64,000 nt of DNA from Vicugna vicugna (lineage: Eukaryota). Positions 48,960 through 61,146 of this stretch are shown here, one piece after another. A program made the translations under genes and the position numbers. Every line of letters begins with the position of its first letter. Within the stretch, counting starts at the first letter, position 1. Below the pieces are notes generated by a model, which was not told the origin of the DNA, did no database searches, and worked only from the letters and a program-made list of their open reading frames with translations. Where the stretch lies: assembly GCA_013265495.1 (NCBI GenBank), contig MU058669.1, positions 1,435,880-1,499,879 on the forward strand, written 5' to 3'.

Positions 48960-50385
48960 GTCAGTCTCATTCAACAAGTATTTTTCAACATTTGGTAGAT
49001 CTTTGTTCCAGATACTTCTTGTTATGTTAGAATGCATTCTTACATTAGAAGACATCCTAAAATATTAGGGGCATAAAACAATCACTTCATTATGCTTGTT
49101 GATTACCCACATCAGGAATCAGAACAGGCACCACCAGGACTGCTCTGCTCTGGGCCACCGTTTTGTAATTTCCAGGGCTTCACCTGGGATCGCTTGACTG
49201 AGGACTGGATCACTTGAGGCTGGAGTGTCTACCTGCAAGGACTCACATATGTGGATCCACATATCCACTCACATATGTGGATCCCGGATTGAGATGGCTA
49301 AAGAAGGGTATCAGCTTGGAAGATTTATCCCAGTACCTATGTGTGGCCAGTCCAGGAGTAATGGACTTCTTCCATAGTAGCTGAGGGCTCCACGTGTGGG
49401 CATTCCCAGCGAACAAGGCAGAAGCTGCAAGGGCTTTCAGGACCTACTCGCAAAAGTCACAAAGCATCCTTTCTACCATATGATGTTCATTAAGGCTTTG
49501 GCAGATTTAAGAGCAGGGAACACAGTTTCCACCTCTCAGTGGAAGGAGTATCAAAGAATTGACAGCCAGGTTCTAAACCTGCAACAGTCAGTTACTTTCT
49601 AAGTCAGTGTCTTAAGTAAGCATAACCACTACGATTCCTCTCTTAATGGAGCTGATCTTCTTGAGAAACAGACAGACCTACACAAGCAAACAAAAGCACA
49701 TAAAGAAAAAACAATATAATTGGATTTTGACAAGCGTAATAAAGGAAATACATGGGTTGATGTGAACAGTGTTTCATAGGGCAGGGTAGACTCATGGGAT
49801 GAAACATGAAGGGGTCAAGAAATACTTCTTGAAGGAGGTAATATTTAAGCTGAAACTTGAAGGTTGAGAAGGAGTTAGCCATGCAAAGTCATGGAGAAAG
49901 CGTTCTAGGTAGAGAAGAAAGGGTAAAGATCCTAGGGCTGGAAAAAACTTAAGCAAACCAGTGAAAAGAGACAGATGCCTGAGATTGGAACTTGTGCTGG
50001 GCAAAGAGAGGAGGTTGCAGAGGTGGGTGGCAGGTCATGCAGGAATCTGTGTGTCCTGGGTAGAGGAAGTACATACAGCCTTTATCCCAAGTGTTACGGG
50101 AAGCTGTGGAACTATCTCAGTGCCATGGGTGAGAGCAGTTGGAATGGGTTAGTAGTGGTAATGGGAGACCATTTCCATGCAGGTGGTAATGTCCCAGGAA
50201 CAAAATACGGGATGCTTGTGTTGGGTTGGAGTTCAAGGAAAGTAGATAGAATGCCGAATATGTTGAAGACAAATTTCTAACAAATTTGAAGTGAGAAATA
50301 ATTTTTAAAAAGTCAAAGATAACTTCTAGATTTTTGGCTTGACCAGTTGGGTCGATATTGTTGCCATTTACTAAGACAGCTTCAT
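48960..50385 (-). mobile_element. L2 LINE (split by MLT LTR)
   Basis: tcattcaacaagtattt tail; gaaggaggtaatatttaagctgaaacttgaaggttgagaaggagttagcc; agtcaaagataacttctagatttttggcttgaccagttggg. Confidence 0.85.
49020..49586 (-). mobile_element. MaLR solo LTR (MLT1F/G/H-like)
   Basis: ggcataaaacaatcacttcattatgc...cccagcgaacaaggcagaagctgcaagg...ccacctctcagtggaaggagtatcaaagaatt...caaca. Confidence 0.85.
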
Positions 50386-50434
50386 TTTCCATGTTAGCTC
50401 TGATCAGTCATCTGTGCCTCCCAGGCACTGGATT

Positions 50435-50640
50435 CGTGTGCATGCTTTTGGATGCAGGTAACAAAATCTTTGATTCAAACCTGCTTAAATAACATTATGT
50501 TTATTATGTCTATAACCGAAAGTTCAGAGATGGGTAAAAACCCACTTTTCTTCCGTGTCTCCATCCTGCCATCCTCAGTATTCATTTTATTGTACTGCTG
50601 ATGACCTTGTGGTGACAATGTGGCTTCTACTGATACTTGT
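50435..50640 (-). mobile_element. MLT1J-like LTR fragment
   Basis: gcttttggatgcaggtaacaaaatc...ctgcttaaataac...gtttattatgtctataaccgaaagttcagag. Confidence 0.6.
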
Positions 50641-51339
50641 GACTATGTAGTTTGTAGATTATTTCCTGTAGAAAACGGACAGACACACACATGCATGCAC
50701 ACAGACTGAGAGTGAAGCCAGTCAACCAAGCACAGACCCAGACCTTCCACAATAGACTAAGTGAAGTCACCTCTGAACCCTGTTAGTCCCCCAGAAAAGA
50801 CCATGGACGGCTCGCTTGGACCAGTCAAAATCTGTACCTGGATTAGATGATAGTCATCTTTCCTTGAATCATATTTGAAAAAAGTATAGCAACCTGAACA
50901 AATGCATAGTTCTATAAAGAACAAATAAAGGAGAAAGGGATGTTGAGTGCCTAATAAAAACTGTTGAGAACTCTGATGCCACACCTGGACCTAGAGGGAA
51001 AAAATTGTCTTTGTCCAAAAAACCTTTGCCCAAGGGAATTAGTTATAGAAATTTCAGATACGTGGCTGGCCAGGCATGCTTCTGCTGAGAGACATTTTGC
51101 AGACAGCTCAACAATCTATAGGCGTGATCTCTCCTTAGCAGTGATAGCCCCCCTCATTCTCCTGTGCAGAAGCCTGGTGCAGTGGAAAGTGCTGTACCAA
51201 CACTGTATGTAATGTATTTGTGTGAGTCAAACAAGCAAGTGCTCTCAGGAAGAGAAAGTCTGGTGGAAGGAGGTAGCCATCAAATTACACTTGCTTTCCA
51301 AACTCCTTCAACTCTGTGGTGCTTCTTGGTACTTTTTTT

Positions 51340-51470
51340 TTCTTTTGAGTGAACTATAATATTTCTACTATTACACATGAGGAAATTGCCTTATAGAAGA
51401 ATCTGATGAATAAATGAAATTATAGTTTGTAATTGACAGGGCTAAAATAAAAAGTCAAGACTCACGAGTA
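51340..51470 (-). mobile_element. MIR fragment
   Basis: tattacacatgaggaaattgccttatagaag. Confidence 0.55.
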
Positions 51471-51474
51471 TTAT

Positions 51475-51592
51475 TAGGGTGACCATGTAACTTGTCCAAA
51501 TTGGGGCAATTTTGAGAATGTTGACCATTTTGGGGGGACATCGGCACAAGCCAGGGGCTGACTGGGGCAGATGGAGACTCAGGCTTGCTCTG
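51475..51592. mobile_element. MER94 (non-autonomous hAT-Blackjack)
   Basis: tagggtgaccatgtaacttgtccaaattggggcaattttgaga...ggacatcggcacaagccagggg; degenerate 8-bp flanks agtattat/ggcagtat. Confidence 0.75.
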
Positions 51593-52189
51593 GGCAGTAT
51601 CAGAATAAAGTATGTGTGCTTGAGGATATTTTATGGCTACAACAAGTAAGTGACAAACTTAGTCAATATAACATAGGACCACTAGTCAATTATTGCTTCT
51701 TTAGTCCACATTTGTAGGTTTTTTTTTGTTTTTTGTTTTGCTGGATCCTAAACCTTTATCATTTACTATTTTTATCCCAGCACTTTTTCACATCCAAATT
51801 ATTTAAAAGATGACACTATCACATTTTGAATTGTGGTCCCACTAAAATATTTTCCATTAGGGATTTTATTGAATCATTGGTTTTTAAAATGCAAAATATA
51901 GGGAATAAACATATAAGTTTTTTTTACAATATCAGTCTTGTTTTCCATTGCATATTACTTTGCATAGTGCTTAAAGTATATCTTCAAACTATATCTTGTG
52001 AGCTGATGTGAAAATACATGTTAAGGCATGCGGTGTGTAGTTTGATTTTGACAATTTTATCTCCTTAGTGCTACTTTGATAGCCCCCGCCTCTGCTTTCC
52101 CCTAAGCCCTAACTCTGAGGTTATCCCAGTGGGAAATTGATTGTTGCACTGCATGGTGAAGTCATCTGCTTAGAATCAAGGAACTCTGA

Positions 52190-52410
52190 CTATGGTTAAG
52201 AATCACTGTATTGGAGTCATACGTGAACTGGACCTGTATCTCAGCCACTGTGAATTAGCACAATGTTACGTTACTTGTCTGCACCTCATCAGAGCCTCAG
52301 TGTCATCATCTTCAACTTCATCCACCATAGGGCCGTACGCAGTAAAATAAAATATTTATAAGGCATTTTGCAGTGTGCTGGGAGCACAGCAAGTAATTAG
52401 AAAATAATAG
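52190..52410 (+). mobile_element. MIR SINE
   Basis: atggttaagaatcactgtattggagtc...gagcctcagtgtcatcatct...cagtgtgctgggagcacagcaagt. Confidence 0.7.
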
Positions 52411-52529
52411 TTGGAAGATACGGGTGGCAGTAAAGACAGAGACTCAAGGATACTGTAAAAATTCAAAGGGAACCTTTGGTGGCACTTTGGACAGTCATCT
52501 AGGTCTTTCAGAGTCCTGAGAAATTAGCT

Positions 52530-52750
52530 CTGCTCATTTCTTAAAGGAGATGACGCATTTTTAATAATGTTATTTTACTTAATTATGTAATTAAAATGCT
52601 GCTGATGATAAGACACCCTATGGATTTCAGTACAAATTTCAAGAGAAAATCATTGCAACAACATGCTGAATGCATGCTTCAGTTTTAAGACTCATCCTAA
52701 TTTCAGAAGTAGTAAAATTTTACTAAAACTCTTAGAATTGGGAAAATAGG
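52530..52750. mobile_element. Kanga/MER104-family TcMar-Tc2 fragment
   Basis: ttttaagactcatcctaatttcagaagtagtaaaa...tcttagaattgggaaaatagg resembles the Tc2 terminal repeat. Confidence 0.65.
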
Positions 52751-52934
52751 TGATTCATTGAGAATGAGGTATGTGTGAAGCATTTACCTTTATTCTGTCT
52801 CGTGAGAATATTTGAGAACCACTATGATTCTGCTAGTGTGTCTAGGTAGTACTTTCCTTTTGACACTCTTGGTTCCCAAGAGAAACTTGTCCTCTTTTTA
52901 TTTGGAGTTGCATGTTGATAGAATTTGATTTGAA

Positions 52935-53135
52935 TGATTATATTATTGTTTTGTGCCAACCAGTGTTCTGATAACCTACATTCATGATCTCATTTGATTT
53001 GGTACCAGCACTGTGAAAAATAATTACTAATTCCATTATGTAGAAGAAGAACCAGAATTGGCCAGTGTCCTTGGACTAGTGCGGGACAGAGGTCGGATTA
53101 GAACCCAGGTTTATATGACTGAGCAGACTCTTCCC
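52935..53135 (-). mobile_element. MIR SINE
   Basis: gtgccaaccagtgttctgataacctacattcatgatctcatttgattt...ggattagaacccagg. Confidence 0.75.
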
Positions 53136-53824
53136 CTGACAGTTGTGCTAAATCACCTCCCTGTATGGTGTGCCTTGCCTTAGAATCAGTCAGATTCATC
53201 ACCTCTTTCAGCACAGGTGCTAGGAGGCACTGGCAGAGCTCAAATAAGCCAGTCACCCAGTCCCAGGGCCCCCACCCCAATTCTTTCACTAGTTGCCGTC
53301 AGCTATAACTGACATCCACCCTGAGGAGAGGGGGGAAATAGCAGAGGTGATCTCTGCACTATTGGATTGCTCTGGTTAAAATAATTGCCCGCGTCTAAGC
53401 TTTCAGAAGAGCGTCCCTAGAGAAAGAGTTAGAGGGAAGGACAGCAAGGGACTGTGGTAGGAGGGGGTGTGGTAGGGAAACGGAAAGAGTTTGATTATAG
53501 GGCCTACTGCTAATGTGGAGCTCTGACGATATGCTGATTTTATTTATTCTTCTAACTAGGTTTGCGAAGGTTGTGTTAAGCATCAACAAAAAGTTCATGA
53601 TTTCTAGGTTTAGTTGAGAGTGAAAAAGAGGAGTAGGAGAGTCCAGACATGGTATCCACAGAGGGATTTGATATTATTTGTTAAAAGTGGTCAGTCCTGG
53701 GATTTCAGTGAGACTAGAAAAGAAAGAGAAGAATGAACTCATGTGCTAAATGTATTGTGGAGCTACGCTGGGGGAAGGTGCAGTAATTGACTAGTCATGT
53801 CTGCTGTTGGCAAGAGTGGACCTG

Positions 53825-53827
53825 TTT

Positions 53828-53863
<36 letters not shown>

Positions 53864-54335
53864 TCGTTCTTTCTTTCTTTCTTTCTTCTTTCTTTTCTTT
53901 CTTTCTTTCTTTCTGTCTTTCTTTCTTTCTTTCTTTCGTTCTTTCTTTCTTTCTTTCTTCTTTCTTTTCTTTCTTTCTTTCTTTCTGTCTTTCTTTCTTT
54001 CTTTCTTTTCTTTTCTTTCTTCCTTCCTTCCTTCCTTTCTTCCTTCCTTCCATCCTTCCTTTCCTTTCTTTCCTTCTTTCCTTTCTTCCTTCCTTCCTTC
54101 CTTCCTTTCTTTCTTCTTTTCTTTTCTTTTCTTTTCTTTTCTTTTCTCCTTTTCTTTTCTTTTCTTTTCTTTTCTTTTCTTTTCTTTTCTTTTCTTTTCT
54201 TTTCTTTTCTTTTCTTTTCTTTTCTTTTCTTTTCTTTTCTTTTCTTTTCTTTTCTTTTCTTTTCTTTTCTTTTCTTTTCTTTTCTTTTCTTTTCTTTTCT
54301 TTTCTTTTCTTTTCTTTTCTTTCTTTCTTTCTTTC
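53825..54335. repeat. Compound (TTTC)n-(TTCC)n-(TTTTC)n microsatellite
   Basis: 511 bp with only five purines; about 34 uninterrupted TTTTC units at ~54151-54320. Confidence 0.98.
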
Positions 54336-55244
54336 ATTTGCCAAATTGAACCTTTAAATAACTAATGTTGTTTCCTTACCTAATCTGGCCTAACATAGCA
54401 TAACATAACCAAGACTTGTTTATTAAGACAAGAGCTCATGATTAGTGGATCCTCCACTGAACTAAGGGTATAGTGGTCTCTAGAGAAATAGGAAATATAT
54501 GTATGAAAATGGAAAGGGTTGTTGTGGCCACTGGAAAAGTCAGTTAGTGGTCCAGATTTCTTAGGAGGAGGTCAACTTTTCCAAATTGCTTGCGGGTGAA
54601 AAGGATGAAAGAAACTGTTTTAATTTTAGATCCCTAAAGATACAAAACATGTGTATGTTGCAATTATGACTTCCCCAAAGTAGCCAAGGCACTCAGCCAG
54701 TTTGGGGTACATTGATAGCAATTCGCTGAATGTTCTAATAAAATTAGTAGTTGATAAATGCATTAAGTATGTTAATTGGATTCTGCCTGCATAAAATCCT
54801 GACTGTTAATTGGTTAGAACTTTGGAAAAGAGCAGTAGAGATTTTTTCATCCTAACAGAGAAAAAAAGTAATTTTGACCAATCAGGGAAAGAAACACATA
54901 TTATACATAGCACAGCACATACGTCAACCTAAAAGGATTTCCTTGAAAGTTTATACAATTATTATCTTAAAGATGAAGTGGATCTTCCATGGACACATTC
55001 ACTGGGTTCCACCTCTGACTCCTTTCCCCTCAGAAATGGCTGGGTCTGTTCTGTGCTAGAACACGGTTACAGGAAATCTAGTTCTATTCTGAGTGGTGGA
55101 ACCTTTCAAACAAAACAGAAACAAAATTCACATATATACAGTATAGAAAAGTGGGGTTGCTTTGGTTGGCAGGGTGAGTGGAGGACACAGCATCCAGCCC
55201 ACCAGGCACTCTTCGCCCCATGGGCCCTTTTTGCAGAGTATCTG

Positions 55245-55385
55245 AACACCTGATCTTATCCAGTCCTGCCTTATGTGAGAGGAACTGGTTTCCAGGTGGG
55301 CTTAGTGGCTTACTCGTTAGCTAAATGTGTGGTCTTGAGAAGTCAAAGCTTCTGCCTGGGCTTCTGACCCCCAAATCAGTGCTCT
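55245..55385 (-). mobile_element. MIR fragment
   Basis: cttatgtgagaggaactggtttccaggtgggcttagtggcttactc...ctgacccccaaatcagtgctct. Confidence 0.6.
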
Positions 55386-55899
55386 CAGGTAGAACTCTTG
55401 GCCAGGTAGCTGTATTTTAGTGCTGTTGTAATAGATCAACAATAGTAGATCAACAAGGTTTGTCTTGTCTCTTTATATTTTCTTCTGTGACGTTGTTTAT
55501 GTAATGTAATGTTTCAATAATGTAAGGCTCAAAAGCATTTGCACTTGTAAATTCTAACACTATTTTTTTTAAATTACTTGTTTATATATTTGTTTTTCTG
55601 GATTAGAGGTTCCTTGAGGGTAAAGCCTCAGGGTCCAGCATATCTTTTTAATGAGCACGTATAAACATAACTCGGTTTGTGATAATGACATAAAATGTAC
55701 ATTTATAGAAACTTTTTGTAAAACAAACAAGCCAACAAACAAAACAACAGACTTATACAGTGGTTCCACGTCAGCATCTCAACATCATTGGTCCCAACAG
55801 TTCATGGCATTTGAACACCAGTAGCACTTACCGGCTGAAGCCCTAGTTTGAATCATCTTATATGAGTGTTCTTCCCAGGTCACTTTTTCTATTAATACA

Positions 55900-56060
55900 T
55901 CTTGTATTCCAAATTAGCTTGTACACATTTTTTCCTGTATTACCATATTGTGCTGGCATATATATTCTATCATATTATGATCAGAGACACTAAAAATACT
56001 TCACAACTGGTATACAACACAAGCCCTGACCAGTCACAAGGGACACTAGCTGTTAACAGA
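55900..56060. mobile_element. hAT-Tip100 (Arthur1-like) subterminal fragment
   Basis: actaaaaatacttcacaactggtatacaacacaagccctgaccagtcacaagggacactagctgttaaca resembles the remembered Arthur1 end. Confidence 0.45.
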
Positions 56061-56859
56061 AGAATCACCACAGCGCTCTTTGTGCTGTTGGCTAAGTGTC
56101 CGTGTCATGCACCCCAAATGGAGCCGGGAGCAGGCTCCCTCATGAAGCCTCCTTTCTCCCCTGCCAGCCTCCCCCTTGCTCAACAAGTCTGTCCATCTTC
56201 CTACCCTCAATCTGCTCTGCTAGACAGTAATGAAACTAGTTATCTTACTGAAGGTTTTGTGCAAAATTGAAAGGATTTTATAGTACACGGAAGTTCACTT
56301 TCCAAATACACATCACACTTTCATGCATTTATTCAGCAAATGTTTAGTAAACGCCTACCACATACCAGAATGTCTCTTCCCCATTTTTCTCTTTTCAGCT
56401 TCTCTGTCCCTGGGCTCTCAGTTTCCCTCCCCTACCTCCCCGTGGGCAGCCATCAGCCCTGAACTCCTCCCAGATCCTCCTCCCAAGCTCTGCGTATCCC
56501 TCTTTTCTTACACAGAGTAATTCAAGTCTGCCACAGCCCAGCCACACCCATCATTAATACATGCTTCAGTATAGGATGTTTGCAGAAAGATGGTGTGTGC
56601 TCCCTGACCAAATGCTGCTCAGTTCTTAGTCCTTAATCTCCTTAGAAATGGGATGAGGGAAAATCACTAGTTTTGTCAGAAGATGACAATTTTTACGGGT
56701 TCTATTTTCATCTTTTTCATCTATACAGTGAAGTGCATATAATATATCCTCTGACAATATATACTGAAAGAAAAAGCAGGAAAATAAGTTAATTGAGCAA
56801 TCCTCTTTTCCTATTCTTTTAAGATCTACTAAAAATTATAGTGTTTGACGCTGAGACTT

Positions 56860-57290
56860 TGCTTAATAGAAGGCATTTATTCAGCCATCAGTTCATCAAT
56901 TTTGGACAGCATGCCTTTTTTGTGTGTAATCGGGGATCTGAAGGACAATAATGTGGAGCCCTCGCTGTCCAGTGGAGGAGACGGACAGTGGAATAGTGTC
57001 GCCAGAACTGTGACAGAGGAATGCACAGTGTGTGCTGTGGGAGGGGCACTCAAGGCAAGGGAGGTGGGCCGGGGACCGCCAGAGAAAGTTCCACTGAGGA
57101 CAGAATGCCTGCGGTGAGTTTGAAAGGAGTAGGAATTACCCGAGTGAAATGGGGGGGGGGGTGTCACGTGTTCCAGGTAGTTGAAGCAGGTTGTGTATAC
57201 ACAACAAAGAGTGTGGTGACCCCAGGGCACAGCAGGGCCCCATTGGGCCCTGAATGGAGGTGTGAATCAGCGAAGGCAGAGGGTGCAGAC
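56860..57290 (-). mobile_element. L2 fragment
   Basis: gagtttgaaaggagtaggaattacccgagtgaa...gtgttccaggtagttgaagcagg. Confidence 0.7.
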
Positions 57291-57319
57291 GTGCCCCCCG
57301 ACCCTGTTCTCCTTTGTTT

Positions 57320-58570
57320 GATTGTTGTCACTTTCATTTTGATAAAATTTCAGATGTACAGATGGGTTGTCGGAATTGCACAAAGTAGTAGTATGACCAT
57401 TTTGCCTTGTTATCCTTCCACCTCTGCCCCCTCTCCCTCGCCCCTCCCTCTCTCCCTGTGATTTTGTTTTTGGACCATTTGAAACGATGTCAGTGATACG
57501 TTGCCCTTTGAACCCTTCACACACTTCAGTGTGTGTTCCTAAGAACAAGAATATTCTCTTACATATAGCCACAGTAGCATTCTTAAAATTAGGAAAGTTA
57601 ACATAGATGTAATGCTTATATTTAATCCACACTTAATACTCATATTTTACCACTGACTCAGTCATGTTCTTCATGGTGTTGAGTTCCCACCCTACCCTCA
57701 ATGCAGTATCCAAGCCAGGAACACCCACTGCATCTGTTGTCAGGTACCTTTAGTCTGTTTTAATTTGGAACAGCTCCTCTGCTTTCCTTGGCATTTTTGG
57801 AGAGCACATACTAGTTATTTTGTAGATCGTCTCGCACTTTGGGTTCGTCTGACATTTTCTTAGGTTTAGATTAAAATTTTGCACTTTTGTCGCAGGAACA
57901 CCACATAAGGGATACTGTATCCTTCTCAGAAGGCACAAGATGTCCTTTTATTGGTGACCTTAACTGCGATCACTTTGTCAAGGTGGTGTCGGCTGGGTCT
58001 GTCCATTGTCAAGTTACTGTTTTTACCTATTGTAAAAAATACAATTAGGTAAAAATTGCGGTAAGTACTTGGTGAGGAGATACTTTGAGACTGTCAAAAT
58101 CCAGTTCTCATAAAAATTTCACCCACTGATTTTAGCATCTCTTGATGATTTTGTGTGTGTGTGTGAATCGGTTATTAGTGTGTTGGCTGAAAATGCTGGT
58201 CTGTCCTAACTTAATCTTCTACACTTACTCATTGGCACTCTGTCACTGAGAGCTTTCCCTCCTCTACCTTTATTTGTTTGTTTATTATCAGTGTGTAATC
58301 CTGAGTTCTTAATTTACTCAGTGGGTTATGATCTAGTACTCTTATTTATTTTGAGGTTCACATTAGCCAGTGGAGGTACTTCAAGTTGTCTCCTGTGATT
58401 TTTCTGCCTGGCTTCATCACTTTCTTTTAGTACTTTCTTACTTTTTGGCACTAGATCTTCTGGGCTCAGCTTATCTTTTCACTGCCTCATTCATTGAATC
58501 AGTTACTTGTGAGTTATTTTGATTCTTCTAGTTGGGCATGTCTTTTTTCAGATCTGAAATTTGGACAGTG
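57320..58570 (-). mobile_element. L1MC/L1MD-type 3' end
   Basis: acttcagtgtgtgttcctaagaacaagaatattctcttacata; ctttagtctgttttaatttggaacag; gatcactttgtcaaggtggtgtc; ggagatactttgagact. Confidence 0.85.
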
Positions 58571-58717
58571 GGACTTCCTGTAGGTTGTTTGGCAACAGAG
58601 AAGGCTTTCAGGTAAGCAAGTGACATTTTCATGTTTGTTTTTGACATCAGTGATGTTAGCTCCGGAGTGAGAATGAATTAGAGACAGTGCATCTCTCCAG
58701 ACTAAGACCGGATAAAC

Positions 58718-58890
58718 CAGTGGCTCTTAACTTTGCTCCCAGTTAGGATCACCTGGCGAGCCTTGACACCTCCTCATGATCAGCAGGAATCTGAATCTCA
58801 GAATCTCTGAGAATGGGAAAGAGGTATAGGTGTTTAAAAAAACCTTTTTTTGGATAATTCTAGTATGCATTCAAGGTTGGGTGGTTGTTC
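58718..58890. mobile_element. MER5B MITE
   Basis: cagtggctcttaac...ttaggatcacctggcgagc...ctgaatctcagaatctctgaga...gataattctagtatgcattcaaggttg. Confidence 0.8.
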
Positions 58891-59109
58891 TGTGACCTCT
58901 TTGAGTTCCAGGTTCTTTCCCAAAAGGAGATACTTTTATTTGTTTTGCATTTTTTTACAGACTTCTTACAGAGATGAAATAAATTAGTATATAGGGCGAG
59001 TGTTTTTTCACATGCAATTGCTTTAACTGTAAAGTAGTGGTATTATAATTATTACACTGATTGCACAAGTTAATTAGAGGAGTAGAATGCCTTTCTCTTT
59101 TCCAGATTT

Positions 59110-59450
59110 TTCATTTTGCTGCCAGATTCACTTATTCTTTCAACCAGTGATAATAAGGCATAGATACCAGACACTGAGGATACAATAATGAAGGGAGAAA
59201 AAAAGATTCCAAGACTCATGTTTCTTGCAGTCTGATGGAGTGAGACACACATTAATTCAGTGGAAATAAATGCAAATGTACAACGTGCTAAGTCTTAAAA
59301 AAAAAAAAGAGGTATATGGTGCTAAAAGCAAATGTAGATAAAAGAAATTTAATTGGGAATGATTAAGAATGGATCGTTTGAAGGAATAAGAGGAGCAGAT
59401 GAACCTAAATGCTAAAAGAATATTAAAAATGAACAATGTAGGCAGGTGTG
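59110..59450 (-). mobile_element. L2 fragment
   Basis: attcacttattctttcaacc...ccagacactgaggatacaataatgaa. Confidence 0.75.
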
Positions 59451-59534
59451 TATGTCCGTAAAGTAGGGCTTGCCATAGTTGTTGGTGTGCTTGGGGTGGT
59501 CCTGGTTTATACAATCTAGTATAGCATTTAACTG

Positions 59535-60918
59535 GATTTTTCTCTTTTTTCCCCTACCTTTAGAAGGATACAATCAAAGTGCAATAAACTGTACATATTT
59601 AAAGTGTTTATTAGGATGAGTTTTGATACATGTGCACACATGTGAAGCTATCACCACAAGCAAGATAATGAAAATATTCATTTTCCCAGAAGTTTTCTCC
59701 GGCACTTGTGCACCGAGGCCCTTCCTCACCCACCAAGTCCTACCTTGTCCCAGGGGAACCATTGTACTTTGTGTCGCTATAGGTCTGTTTTCATTTTCAA
59801 GAAACGTTATGTAGTAGAATCATCAAGTATATACTCACGTTGGCATGTAGAGGGAGCTGGCTTCTTTCACTAAGTGTAATTATCTGAGATTCATTACGTT
59901 GTTGTGTGTATCAGTCTGTGTTCCTTTTTATTGCCAGGTAGAATTTTATTGAATGGATACACTACAGTGTTTTTATCCATTCTTTAAAAATGAATATGTG
60001 ACTTGTTTTCAGCTTTTGGCTATAACAACACACAAAAAAAAGCTGTTATGAACCTTTGTGTACAAGTCTTTGCGTAAATACATGTTTTTGTTTCTCTTGG
60101 GTGAATACTTAGGAGTGAAGTGATTGTGTTGCATGGTAGTGTATGTTTAAGGAAATGCCAAAGTTTTCCAAAGTGATTGTACCATTTTACAATCTAATCT
60201 GTAGTGTATGAGACTTCCCGTTCTTCCTTATCTTTGCCAACACTTGACACGATCAGTTTTTAAATTGTAGCCATTTTCATGGGTAGTGGGTGTGTAGTGC
60301 TGTCTGGCATTTTTAATTTGCATTTCCCTAATGACAAATGAGAGCAAGTATCTCTTCATACGGTTATTTGCCATCTCTGTGTCATCTTTGGCGAAGGTTG
60401 TGTTTAAATTTTGACCAGTATTTTTATTTCTGAGTGGAGATGTTTATATATCTCCCAGATACAAGGTTTTGTTGTTTGTTGTTGTTGTTTAGAGATCTGT
60501 CTTGCAAAATATTTTCTCCCAGGCTTTGGATTGCCTTTTCTGTTCTTTAACAGTATTATGAAGAGCAAAGGTTTAAATTTTGATGAAATTTACTTTGTGT
60601 TATAGTTTGTTCTATTTTTGTCTGGTTTAAGTCTTTTCTACACCCTGTGTCACAAAGATTTTCTCTCTTTTCTTTTTTTCTAGAAGGTTTGTGGTATTAG
60701 AATATACTTTCAGGTCTGTGGTCAATTTTGAGTTAGTTTTTGTATGTGGTATGAGATATGGATTGAGGTTTCTTGGTTTTGGATCCGTTTTGTATGTGGC
60801 CATCCAGATGTTCTGACACCATTTATTGACAGTGTTATCCTCTCTCTGTTTAGTTGCTTTAGCACTTTTGTTGAAAAATCAATTAAAAGTCTATATCTGT
60901 ATCTATTTTTGGACTTAA
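59535..60918 (-). mobile_element. L1MB/L1MC-type 3' fragment nested in Blackjack
   Basis: caataaactgtacatatttaaagtg...gatgagttttgatacatgtg...ttttaatttgcatttccctaatgac. Confidence 0.9.
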
Positions 60919-61009
60919 CAGTCAGTAGTAGTTTTATTAAGACTTTCTCCAAGAAAAGGACTTAACACTTCTAACGGCCGAAGGTACATTTGACTTCTCA
61001 GAAATCAAG

Positions 61010-61146
61010 ATGACGTTCTTAAGCTTGCATGTGCATCTGAATATCCTGGAGGGCTTGTTAAAACCTGCACAGCTGAGGTCCAATTCCAAAGTGTATGCTT
61101 CAAGTAGGTCTGGGTTGGGGTCAAAGAATTTGCTTTTATAACAAAT
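61010..61146. mobile_element. MER5A (partial) nested in Blackjack
   Basis: gtgcatctgaatatcctggagggcttgttaaaac...gtaggtctgggttggggtcaaagaatttgc. Confidence 0.85.

Noticed and set aside
53763..54365. Five 180-193 aa ORFs (K/E/R-rich and F/S/L-rich)
   Set aside because: They are translations of a stop-free microsatellite, not genes.
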